Positions 17,028 to 24,928 of a stretch of 64,000 nucleotides of DNA are shown here, piece after piece. The number at the start of each line of letters is the position of its first letter. Position 1 is the stretch's first letter. The notes below the pieces were generated by a model that saw only the letters and a list, made by a program, of their open reading frames with translations, was not told the DNA's origin and made no database searches. This stretch comes from a virus: the IMG/VR virus record IMGVR_UViG_3300046477_000550. The stretch is one strand, 5' to 3'. The translations under genes and the position numbers were made by a program.

Positions 17028-18157
17028 GGCCGCCCCGTCCCAGCGGCTGCGACCATCTGCCGCAGCCCGGCCACGACCGCAGCAGCGCGCTCCCGGTACA
17101 CGGGCTCGGTGTCGCTCTCCCGCAACGGCACAAGCCATCCCGGGTGATCGTGGGCGTACAGGTCCTCGGCGATCCGCTCCCGGAACGTGGCGAGATCGGG
17201 GCGACTGTCAGGCGGCGGCCACGGAAGCGGGCCACTGAACATGGCGGCGAGCTTCTCGTACAGGGTGGGGCCGTCAAGGTCGGGCAGCGGTGCACCCTCG
17301 GCGATCGGCGCGAGTACGTCCAGGTGCACCCGCGCTTCCGCCTCGTCGTGTGCTGCCTGTGCCTCTACGGCCAGGTCGTCCAGGTACTCGGCGGCCCTCT
17401 CCACGTCGTGATTGCCGCCCATGGAATGGATCTGCTGGGCGCACCAGCGGATGATGCCGGGACGGTCCGGGACAGGCGTCGTGTCGACCTGGGCGCGGGT
17501 GGAGAGGTCATGCAGGTAGTCGGCGGCGTCCTGTACCGCCGGGTCGTCGTCGACGGACCGCACTCGGTCGGCGCACCAGCGGATGACCGCCGAATGGTCG
17601 GTGCACTCTTGGGCGAGGGTCGCGGCGGCTCGCCCCTCTGATCGAAGGGATCGGATCTCGGCAACGAGCGCCGGAACCGCCGCCCGGGCGGCAGTAATGA
17701 ACTCGGCGTCCTCCCTCTGCCAGATGCGCCCGATGGACTCCTCTCGGACGTCGACCACTTCGGCAGGCTGGCCCTGCCTCCAGAGCCGCCAGGGCCCAGG
17801 CGTTGCGGCGCGGGCGACCGCCTCGTATTCACTTAGTTGCTGATCGGTGACGGCGCCATTTGCCGTCAGACGCACAACGACCTCACGCAGGCGAGCGCTC
17901 TCGGTCTCGGCCCGGTCGCCGCGCTCCTGCCACGCGAACCGCTCGGCAGCCATCTCTTGTCGCTGAGCGATGGACCGCCGGGTGACCTCGTTGGCCTCGT
18001 CGACCTCAACGTCGGCTACGGCCATCACGGCATCGATCAGGTCGGTCGGGCAGATGCCGCCTGTTACGGCATCCATGGCTGCGGCGTATCGCTTGCGGCG
18101 CCCTGCGGCGCTCATTCCGGGGGGCGTCTCTGCGTTCCTCAACGGGTTCTGGGCCAT
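17024..18157 (-). CDS. hypothetical protein with PGPW motif and an internal duplicated segment
   Basis: 377 aa. The duplicated pair is VIRWCADRVRS...AADYLHDLSTRAQ and IIRWCAQQIHS...AAEYLDDLAVEAQ. Translationally coupled to the recombinase. Confidence 0.75.
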   Translation of the reverse strand: MAQNPLRNAETPPGMSAAGRRKRYAAAMDAVTGGICPTDLIDAVMAVADVEVDEANEVTRRSIAQRQEMAAERFAWQERGDRAETESARLREVVVRLTANGAVTDQQLSEYEAVARAATPGPWRLWRQGQPAEVVDVREESIGRIWQREDAEFITAARAAVPALVAEIRSLRSEGRAAATLAQECTDHSAVIRWCADRVRSVDDDPAVQDAADYLHDLSTRAQVDTTPVPDRPGIIRWCAQQIHSMGGNHDVERAAEYLDDLAVEAQAAHDEAEARVHLDVLAPIAEGAPLPDLDGPTLYEKLAAMFSGPLPWPPPDSRPDLATFRERIAEDLYAHDHPGWLVPLRESDTEPVYRERAAAVVAGLRQMVAAAGTGRP

Positions 18158-18250
18158 GGCTAATTGTACCAATTTTTCGCCCGCGATACCGCATGTTATC
18201 GAGAGCTGTCACCGAGCCCGGCCACCCCAACCCTCATGCAGACTTGCGGC

Positions 18251-18412
18251 ATGACGACGTGTCGAACCTGCCGCCAGGACTACGACGAGACGGACGAGGT
18301 GGCCGTGAAGCGCCACACGGAGCCCATCGACTGCGGGCAGTCGTGCCGCTGCAACGGGAGGCCGGGCTGCTACTTCTGCGCGGGCTCGTTCTGCGTGTGC
18401 ATCTCGCACTGA
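18251..18412 (+). CDS. 53-aa cysteine-rich small protein
   Basis: MTTCRTCRQDYDETDEVAVKRHTEPIDCGQSCRCNGRPGCYFCAGSFCVCISH. Very high GC3. Convergent with rsr. Confidence 0.6.
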   Translation: MTTCRTCRQDYDETDEVAVKRHTEPIDCGQSCRCNGRPGCYFCAGSFCVCISH

Positions 18413-18431
18413 TGGGCCCAGGACGCAGCGA

Positions 18432-18459
18432 AGCCCCGTCCTCCGGAGAGGGCGGGGCT
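18432..18459. terminator. bidirectional hairpin between convergent genes
   Basis: AGCCCCGTCCTC-cgga-GAGGGCGGGGCT, 12 bp with one G-U pair. Confidence 0.55.
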
Positions 18460-18473
18460 GCTTCACGTTCGGG

Positions 18474-20147
18474 TCAGGCGGCGCGGTTCTCCCACGGCCA
18501 GGCAGCGTCACGGGACGCTTCGAGCAAGGGGATCATCCGGAAGGCGGCGTCGGTGAGCCCGCCGAACGTGTGCCGCTGTCCGTGACCGGATGGCGCATGC
18601 CCGGCCTGGTACCCGGCGAGATTCCAGGTGTAGAGCGGCGTCGTCTGCGGGATGGACTGGTCGACTTCGGCGTGGTCGTGCCCGGCCTGCTCGTCGGTGA
18701 CGATGACGACGCGGTCGTGGCCGTGGAACTCCTGCCGGAGTGCAGCCGCCGTGTCGGTGCCGCCGCCGAGGAACCAGCCGCCGTCCTTCCACTTCTTCAC
18801 GTCGCTGAGGAGCGATCCGCCGCGGGTGAGCGGGAACGCCTTCGTCTTCGCGCCCGGAGCGTCGTTCACGTAGTAGCGGGCGCTGGAGAAGGACACGACG
18901 TCGGCCGTGGCGCAGCGTCGGCCGAGGGCGATCCCGAACAGGGCCGCGGCGTCCCAGCGCATCAGTGACCCGTCCTTGGAGAACGCGTCGTCCATCGAGC
19001 TGGACGTGTCCACCAGGATCAGCGTCCGGCCGCCGAGCTGCGGAATGTTGGCGAGTGACGCGGTCAGCGCCTTCTCCAGTGCGTGACCCCACCGCAGGGA
19101 CGGCGCCGCGTTGAACGCGGAGTAGAACCGCATCGGCAACTGCCGGGACTTCGCGACCTGCTCCGGGTCAGCGAGCATCGACACGACCTGTGCCGCGACC
19201 TTGTCGGAAACTCCAGCCTCGTCGAAGTTGCGCAGGTTCCGCAGCCGGGCCATGAACGGCATCGACGGGATGACCGCCTCCCACGCGGCCTTGTCCATCG
19301 GGCCCTGGAGCCAGCCGGCCACTGCTTCCCAGGTCATCTCCGCCATCGCCAGACGTCCGGGCGCGTCCAGCAGGATGCGGCGCCGGTCGGCCACGGGGTG
19401 CGCCATCAGGTTCGCCCGCCACCGGATTGTCATCAGCGACTCGGAGATCTCTCCGTTGCGGCCGTGGCGGCGGTCGATCGCATGCCGGAACAGGTCGCCC
19501 TGCCACGCCTTGCCCGTAGCCGGGGCCGCATGCACGAGTTCGAGGACGTCGCCGAAGCGGTAGCCCTTGGTCGCGGTGTCGTATTTCAGCAACGACCGCT
19601 CCGAGTAGAGCCGCTGGACGGCGTCGGCGATGCCGCGCTTCACCGGCTTGGGCAGCTTGCGGCCGTAGCGGGACGTCCAGTAGCCGAGCAACTCCCCCGG
19701 CTCGTCAGGACGCTGGAGGACGACGTCGATGACGCGACGGTTCCAACCGCCGTTCGTGGACGCGTCGGCCGCAGTCTCGCGGTTCCATCCCGCAGGGTCC
19801 GCTCCCTTGTCGCCTTCGAGCCGCGCCTTCACGAACTCGGCCGCACCGACGATCGCCGCAGTCCGCATGTTCCCTTCGCCGCGCAGCCAGCCGAGCAGGC
19901 CGACCGTCCACTCGGGGTCTTCGACGGCGAGCTGCCGGACGAGCTGGGTGAAGCGGTCGTCGCGGTCGCCGCCCTTCTCGTAGAACGCGTCCTGGCCAAC
20001 GAAGTTGGAGACGGCGAGCAGGAACAGCTCGGAGCGCGCGTCCCGGAGATGCCCGGTGGCGCCCTGGTGGGTGAGGGTCCGCTCCCCGGTGGTGGTCACG
20101 GGCGAGTGGGCGGCGGGTCGGGTCGAGCGCGTGTTGAAGCGCGACAT
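18474..20147 (-). CDS. rsr: Ro60 orthologue Rsr (TROVE domain plus vWA/MIDAS)
   Basis: 557 aa. TROVE-like N-terminal two thirds, then a vWA domain with the MIDAS motif LILVDTSSSMDD. Start taken as ATG 20147 after GAGGGG. Flanked by Y-RNA-like elements. Confidence 0.85.
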   Translation of the reverse strand: MSRFNTRSTRPAAHSPVTTTGERTLTHQGATGHLRDARSELFLLAVSNFVGQDAFYEKGGDRDDRFTQLVRQLAVEDPEWTVGLLGWLRGEGNMRTAAIVGAAEFVKARLEGDKGADPAGWNRETAADASTNGGWNRRVIDVVLQRPDEPGELLGYWTSRYGRKLPKPVKRGIADAVQRLYSERSLLKYDTATKGYRFGDVLELVHAAPATGKAWQGDLFRHAIDRRHGRNGEISESLMTIRWRANLMAHPVADRRRILLDAPGRLAMAEMTWEAVAGWLQGPMDKAAWEAVIPSMPFMARLRNLRNFDEAGVSDKVAAQVVSMLADPEQVAKSRQLPMRFYSAFNAAPSLRWGHALEKALTASLANIPQLGGRTLILVDTSSSMDDAFSKDGSLMRWDAAALFGIALGRRCATADVVSFSSARYYVNDAPGAKTKAFPLTRGGSLLSDVKKWKDGGWFLGGGTDTAAALRQEFHGHDRVVIVTDEQAGHDHAEVDQSIPQTTPLYTWNLAGYQAGHAPSGHGQRHTFGGLTDAAFRMIPLLEASRDAAWPWENRAA

Positions 20148-20183
20148 GAAAAAGCCCCTCACGTGGAGGGGAGGTCCAGCAGT

Positions 20184-20327
20184 GGGTGCCCGAGATCAAG
20201 GTCGGCTGCGGAGACGAAGCGCTCTGGGCCGCTGAGCTACGGAAGCCGTCAGGCTCCCGACGGGATTCGAACCCGCGTCTCTCTCTTAGCAGGAGAAGTA
20301 TCCGCCGCCTGCGCACCGGGCACCCCC
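20184..20327 (-). ncRNA. YrlA-like Y RNA with a circularly permuted tRNA-like module
   Basis: Minus strand shows a terminal helix GGGTGCCCG/CGGGCACCC and a T-arm GCGGGTTCGAATCCCGT (20260-20276). A closed acceptor stem GGGAGCC-TGAC-GGCTTCC lies at 20241-20258 and a D-arm GCTCAGCGGCCCAGAGC at 20221-20237. Ends are approximate. Confidence 0.75.
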
Positions 20328-20333
20328 GATGCT

Positions 20334-20409
20334 GTGCCTCCCGAGATCAAAGACGGGACCGGTATCACTTTTCCAAAGAAGTAACCGGACCCTGCGCACC
20401 GGGAGGTGC
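20334..20409 (-). ncRNA. second, small Y-RNA-like hairpin (YrlB-like)
   Basis: Terminal helix CCTCCCG/CGGGAGG. Shares the motifs CCCGGTGCGCAGG (5' side) and TTGATCTCGGG (3' side) with the larger RNA. Ends are approximate. Confidence 0.55.
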
Positions 20410-20425
20410 ATGAAGTTGTGGCCCC

Positions 20426-20456
20426 ACTCTACTCAGCAAACCGTGTTGCTTGTCCA
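20426..20456 (-). promoter_or_regulatory. candidate promoter for the Y RNAs (TGGACA-N19-TAGAGT)
   Basis: Lower-GC patch immediately upstream of the small Y RNA. The spacer is longer than optimal. Confidence 0.25.
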
Positions 20457-20653
20457 GCAAGTTCCGCGACACCGGCCGCAGACGCGACGAAGCGCCCTCC
20501 ACCGCCCGGAGGCGGCGGAGGGCGCAGTCGTGCCGGTCAGAGGCAGACGAGTACGACGAGGTGCAGGAACAGATGCAGCACGGGGTCACCCCCTTCCAGC
20601 CGGGGCGGACAGGGCAACCGGCATGGAGGGGCAGCCGGTGGCGCGGGGGCCCG

Positions 20654-20866
20654 TCAGTCGTCCTCCTCATACGGCGGCAGGTCGGGCGACAGGAACGGGC
20701 TGATGCTGGGCGCCGGGACCGGCTGCGGGTCGAGGCGCCCCGCACGCTCCAGCGACCCGGCATCGGCCGCCGTGTCGTCGCGGCGCGGCTGGCGCGGGGC
20801 CGGTTCAACGGTGGGCGCCGCGGCGGCGGACCGCCCGGTGACGGCCACGGGTACTGCTCGGGGCAT
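20654..20866 (-). CDS. hypothetical 70-aa protein with acidic C-terminus
   Basis: AGGAGG RBS then ATG, high GC3. Overlaps the 3' end of the collagen-like gene. Confidence 0.55.
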   Translation of the reverse strand: MPRAVPVAVTGRSAAAAPTVEPAPRQPRRDDTAADAGSLERAGRLDPQPVPAPSISPFLSPDLPPYEEDD

Positions 20867-21536
20867 CGATCCTCCTGCGGGCGAGCGCGGCACTGAGCAC
20901 CAGCACTGCGGCTTCCGGGTTCGACGGGCTGGGTGTGGGGCTCGCCGGAGCGGGCGTGCACGTGTAGTGGGTGGAGCCGTCCGAGTCGGGCGTGCACGTG
21001 TAGGTGACGCCCGCCCCGTCCGTGTACGTCCAGCCGGACGGTGCCGGGCCGGTCGCGCCGGTGTCGCCCTTCTCGCCGCGGTCGCCCTGCGGGCCGACAG
21101 GTCCGGCCACGCCTGCCTCGCCCTGAGGTCCGGCGACCGTCGAGTCCGCCCCCGGCGGACCGGTCGGGCCAGCCACTGTCGAGTCGGCGCCCGGCTTCCC
21201 CGGGGACCCGGACGCGCCAGATGTGCCCGGCTTCGGCGTGATGGTGGGCGCCGGCTTACCCGACGCCCCCGTATCGCCCTGCGGTCCGCGCGGCCCGACG
21301 ACCGATGCGCCTGCCTCGCCGCGCGACCCGGGCGGTCCGGCGACCGGCTTATGCCCGAGGGACTGCACCTGCCGGGCGAGCGCGTCGCGGGCCTGGTTGG
21401 AGACCCGCAGGTCGTCGGAGAGGCCTTGCATCCAGATCGCCATGGTGGCGAAGGAGCCGACCGCGACGACTGTGACCGCCGCATACCGCAGATCGGCCTT
21501 GCGGCGTTCCTTCGCCGGGGATGCGTGTTCGCTCAC
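20805..21536 (-). CDS. membrane-anchored collagen-like (G-X-Y repeat) protein
   Basis: N-terminal TM segment (AAVTVVAVGSFATMAIW), then GPPGSRGEAG...GPQGDRGEKGDTGATGP repeats and a duplicated ADSTVAGP unit. Confidence 0.7.
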   Translation of the reverse strand: MSEHASPAKERRKADLRYAAVTVVAVGSFATMAIWMQGLSDDLRVSNQARDALARQVQSLGHKPVAGPPGSRGEAGASVVGPRGPQGDTGASGKPAPTITPKPGTSGASGSPGKPGADSTVAGPTGPPGADSTVAGPQGEAGVAGPVGPQGDRGEKGDTGATGPAPSGWTYTDGAGVTYTCTPDSDGSTHYTCTPAPASPTPSPSNPEAAVLVLSAALARRRIDAPSSTRGRHRAVRRRGAHR

Positions 21537-21880
21537 GAACCGGCCCCCCGCGACGAGAGGTACACCTGCAACAGCACGATGAGCACGGGCACGATCAGCG
21601 CGGAGAAGACGAGGCGTTTGTCGGCGCGCCGCTCATCTTCCCGCTTCCGGCGTTCCAGTTCGGCGTCCCGCTTCTCCGATGCCCGCTCGGCCTCGATCGC
21701 CGCCACCCTCTCGATGAGCGCGCGATGTACCGCGTCGGCGGCCCGCCGTTCCAGCTCGTACCGTTCGACGGACACCTTGGCGTCGAGCCGTTTGGCGACC
21801 TCCCGGAAGTCCTCTTTGAGGTCCAGGCGCATGGCCTCGATGCGGTGGGCGAGCTCGCCGTTCGTCGGATCGGTGGGCAC
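21533..21880 (-). CDS. lysis-cassette coiled-coil protein with C-terminal TM anchor
   Basis: 115 aa with a charged helical region, then LVFSALIVPVLIVLLQVYL. Confidence 0.65.
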   Translation of the reverse strand: MPTDPTNGELAHRIEAMRLDLKEDFREVAKRLDAKVSVERYELERRAADAVHRALIERVAAIEAERASEKRDAELERRKREDERRADKRLVFSALIVPVLIVLLQVYLSSRGAGS

Positions 21881-21897
21881 GTGCTACTCCGTCTGGC

Positions 21898-22272
21898 TCA
21901 GACGACGTCCTGTACGGGCCGGTTGGCCCGCGGCACGACGGCCGGGCTCGCCGGGGATACCTGGCCGCGGGTGATGAACATCAGGACGGCGAGGACCAGG
22001 CCGTTGATGGCTGCGGTCGTCGTGGGTGCGACGTTGTACCCAAACGCGGCCACGGCGGAGGCGATGGTGGCGACGAGGGTGGTGAAGGCTTGCACGGCGA
22101 TCGGCCGGGTCACCGCAGCGGCGATCGCGCCGAGGATCGCGGAGACACCGGCGACGGTCCAGCCCGCTTCGTTCTGGGTGAGGCCGACGTTGAACGTGAC
22201 GACGAGGCCGAGGATGGCGCTGAGGGAGTTCAGTGCCAGCGCGGGCTCTCGCCCGAAGATCAGGATCTTCAT
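21898..22272 (-). CDS. holin (multi-TM small membrane protein)
   Basis: 124 aa with about 4 hydrophobic segments, directly downstream of the endolysin. Confidence 0.7.
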   Translation of the reverse strand: MKILIFGREPALALNSLSAILGLVVTFNVGLTQNEAGWTVAGVSAILGAIAAAVTRPIAVQAFTTLVATIASAVAAFGYNVAPTTTAAINGLVLAVLMFITRGQVSPASPAVVPRANRPVQDVV

Positions 22273-22290
22273 GGGGTTCTCGTTTCTGGT

Positions 22291-23115
22291 TCAGGCGACG
22301 ACGGTGAAGCCGTGTCTCGCCGCGAGCTTGCTGAGGGACGTCTGGCCGGGGATGCCGTCGGCCGAGCTGCCGCTGTAGGAGCCGCCCGCCTTGGAGCGCT
22401 GCCATGCCTTGTAGGCGGTGACGGTGAGGCTGCCGAAGCTGCCGTCGACGTACTGCTGGTCGAGGAGGCCTTCGGCGTGCAAGGCCTTCTCGACGAGGAG
22501 GGTCTCCGCCCGGTAGGTGGCGTGGCCCTGCGCGGCCGACGGGTCCTTCTTCGCCGCGGCCACCACGTGGGCGACGCTGACCTTCGGCTTGGCGGCGGGC
22601 TTGGGGGTGGGCGTGATGCCGAGGATCGCCTTGGCGCGCGCGATGATCGCAGGTCGCTGCGCCTTGATCGCGTCGCCGGGGCATCCGGTGTGGCCGCCCC
22701 AGGCTGCGCCGCCCATGCCGTGCCAGCCGAGGCCCTTGCCGTTGGGGTCGTCGATCGACTGGAGCGGCACCGCGTACTCGGTGTGCAGCCACGCGAGCAG
22801 GTGCGCGGCGTTCTCGACCTGGGAGGCGGTGAGAGCGGCCGGAACGAACCCTTCGTTCTCGATCGACACCCAGTGACTGTTGCCGTCAGCCTCTGCCCAG
22901 GCTCGATCCTTGGTGTCGACGAGCTGGCGCAGGCCGCCGGTCTTCGGGTTGAGGAAGTGGCTGGACGCCTGCGACTTGGGGTTCTTGAACCAGGCCTCCG
23001 ATCCGGCTTCGGTGCCCTGCTGGATGTGAAGGAGGAGGCCACGGACCTCGACCATGCCGTCGACGCGCTTGTTCGGGGTGGGGCCAATGAAGGTGGCCCC
23101 GGGCATGAGCGCCAT
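22291..23115 (-). CDS. endolysin: N-acetylmuramoyl-L-alanine amidase (PGRP/Amidase_2) plus PG_binding_1 domain
   Basis: Motifs GNSHWVSIENEG, GHTGCPG and a C-terminal LVEKALHAEGLLDQQYVDGSFGSLTVTAYKAWQ. Start ATG 23115 after GGAG. Confidence 0.85.
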   Translation of the reverse strand: MALMPGATFIGPTPNKRVDGMVEVRGLLLHIQQGTEAGSEAWFKNPKSQASSHFLNPKTGGLRQLVDTKDRAWAEADGNSHWVSIENEGFVPAALTASQVENAAHLLAWLHTEYAVPLQSIDDPNGKGLGWHGMGGAAWGGHTGCPGDAIKAQRPAIIARAKAILGITPTPKPAAKPKVSVAHVVAAAKKDPSAAQGHATYRAETLLVEKALHAEGLLDQQYVDGSFGSLTVTAYKAWQRSKAGGSYSGSSADGIPGQTSLSKLAARHGFTVVA

Positions 23116-23117
23116 GG

Positions 23118-24065
23118 TCAGGCTCCGTTCGCGTTGTTGCTGGGCGCCCACGGCCGCATCAGATCCGCCAACTCCTGGGCAGCAACAGCCGCCTCAGCCA
23201 GTCGAGGATTCGGAGCAGGAGTGGGCGCGGGAGGAGGGGTCGGCACCGGGACGGGCTGGGGCTGCGGCACGGGGTTGGCGGCGCCGGTCAGCGCCGCGAA
23301 GTCCGTGCCGAGGGTGTACAGGTCGAATCCGGAGATGTCCTTGCCGGACTTCGGGTCGATCATGTCGGGGGTGACGATGACCCAGCCCTCGTCGAAGTAC
23401 TTCCGGAAGAACGCCCAGGTCAGCTTCTGGACGGCACCCCAGGTGACGCACTCCAGTTCGGTCTCGTCGTAGGCGCCGACGGTGACGCAGTGGCCGTCCC
23501 TCGGTGCGGGCGCGCCCTTGACGACGTCCCACCGCTGCCCGTTGTTGAACTGGCTCATCGCGTAGTCGGGGAAGTTGAACCCGCAGTAGATCTGCCCGAA
23601 CAGGGTGATGGCCTGCTTGACCTGGGTCTGGTTGGACAGGTCGACCTTGGCGAAGGCGACGATCTTCTCGCCGAGGAAACCGTGCTTGCGCCAGTAGTCG
23701 AGGACGTCCTGACAGACCGCGCCCTGGTCGGTGTTCGGGTCGGTGGGGTCGTATCCGGTGATCGCCGTGTAGAAGGCGAGCGCCTGGGCGGTGTCGACCT
23801 TCAGGACGGTGCCCTGATTGACGTACACGTCGCCGATCCGCTTGTGAGCCACACCCGCACAGGTGCAGTCGCCGGCAACATCGTTCCCAAGCATCCCCCA
23901 GGCGCTGGCGGGAACCGGGTTGAGCCAGTCCGCCGAGGCGGGCGGGGCGGGCAGTGCGACGGCGTAGTTGCCGAACGCGAGGTGCAGCCGGGCAGGTTCG
24001 GCCGGACGCCGACCGCCCCGGAAGATGATGGTCAAGGGTGGCTCCGAGAGGGCGCGTTGGGGCAT
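23118..24065 (-). CDS. putative papain-like cysteine peptidase (second lysin)
   Basis: GNDVAGDCTCAGVAH nucleophile-like motif with a downstream DGHCVTVGAYD, and a Pro-rich C-terminal linker. Start uncertain. Confidence 0.55.
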   Translation of the reverse strand: MPQRALSEPPLTIIFRGGRRPAEPARLHLAFGNYAVALPAPPASADWLNPVPASAWGMLGNDVAGDCTCAGVAHKRIGDVYVNQGTVLKVDTAQALAFYTAITGYDPTDPNTDQGAVCQDVLDYWRKHGFLGEKIVAFAKVDLSNQTQVKQAITLFGQIYCGFNFPDYAMSQFNNGQRWDVVKGAPAPRDGHCVTVGAYDETELECVTWGAVQKLTWAFFRKYFDEGWVIVTPDMIDPKSGKDISGFDLYTLGTDFAALTGAANPVPQPQPVPVPTPPPAPTPAPNPRLAEAAVAAQELADLMRPWAPSNNANGA

Positions 24066-24111
24066 GCGAAAGGCCCGCGCACCATGCACGGGCCTCGGGG
24101 TGACGGTGGGG

Positions 24112-24372
24112 TCAGACGAAGACGGGCGGAACGGCCGCCAGGTCGGTCACGTAGCTGATCTGGTTGACGTCCGTCTTCTGGATGGTGATCTGCGCCGACG
24201 TTCCGGCAGGTGTCGCCACCCCGCGCAGCGCCGACAGCAGCGCCAGGGCCGTCGTGTCGTCGACGCCCGACTCGCCCCACAGTGTGAATGATCCGCTGGA
24301 CTCGGCGCCGGTCGCATTCTTCGTGAACCCGACAGTGAAGTCGTAGCGGGTCTGATCGTTGTTGCTGCTCAC
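24112..24372 (-). CDS. hypothetical tail-region protein
   Basis: 86-aa ORF between the fibre-like gene and the lysis genes. Confidence 0.6.
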   Translation of the reverse strand: MSSNNDQTRYDFTVGFTKNATGAESSGSFTLWGESGVDDTTALALLSALRGVATPAGTSAQITIQKTDVNQISYVTDLAAVPPVFV

Positions 24373-24388
24373 AGGACTCCTCGCTTAG

Positions 24389-24919
24389 TCAGCTGGAGAT
24401 CCGCCACAGGGACATGGTGGTCAGGATCGCGTTGGTTGTGGACGTGGCCAGCGTGCTGCCCGAGTTCTGCCACGCCGCCAGCTCGACGTAGTCGCCCACC
24501 GCCATCTGCACCATCGTTGCCGTGAACACGCTGGTGCCGTTGCTGCCTGAGGCAGCCGACTGCACGGCCGACCCGGTGACACCGACCCCGTTCAGGAACA
24601 CCTGTAGCGTGCGCGTGCCGGTCGCGTTGGAGGCGAAGCACACGGAGCCGGTGACGATGTACAGGCCCGCGGTCTGGGCCGTGTAGCGGGACGTGTTGGT
24701 GGTGGTGGAGTGGCCGCCGTCGCTGTCGACGATTTCGGTGTCGAGGGTGAGGACCGCGGATGTGGTGGTGCTGGTGAAGGACTGCCCGGTGCTGGCGTAG
24801 CCCTTGAAGCGGACCGGTGCGAACAGGTAGTTGAGGCCACCCAGGATGTTGGCGTTCCACAGGGCGCTGGTGTTGAAGTTTCCGGGGACTTCGGTCGGGA
24901 CGCTCGGGATGGTGGCCAC
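24389..24919 (-). CDS. tail fibre-like protein (C1q/TNF-like beta-sandwich)
   Basis: 176 aa, Ser/Thr/Gly-rich beta pattern ending ...GDYVELAAWQNSGSTL. Confidence 0.6.
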   Translation of the reverse strand: MATIPSVPTEVPGNFNTSALWNANILGGLNYLFAPVRFKGYASTGQSFTSTTTSAVLTLDTEIVDSDGGHSTTTNTSRYTAQTAGLYIVTGSVCFASNATGTRTLQVFLNGVGVTGSAVQSAASGSNGTSVFTATMVQMAVGDYVELAAWQNSGSTLATSTTNAILTTMSLWRISS

Positions 24920-24928
24920 AGGCCCTCC

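Noticed and set aside
15936-17147. 403-aa plus-strand ORF
   Set aside because: Antisense to the second tyrosine recombinase. Its Gly/Asp/Val-rich shadow-frame composition argues against a real gene, and it has no RBS or coupling.
19083-20384. 433-aa plus-strand ORF
   Set aside because: Antisense to rsr, and it runs through the Y-RNA locus. Arg/Pro-rich shadow frame.
20406-21974. 522-aa plus-strand ORF
   Set aside because: Extremely Arg/Ser/Gly-rich and antisense to the collagen-like and lysis genes, which have clear motifs.
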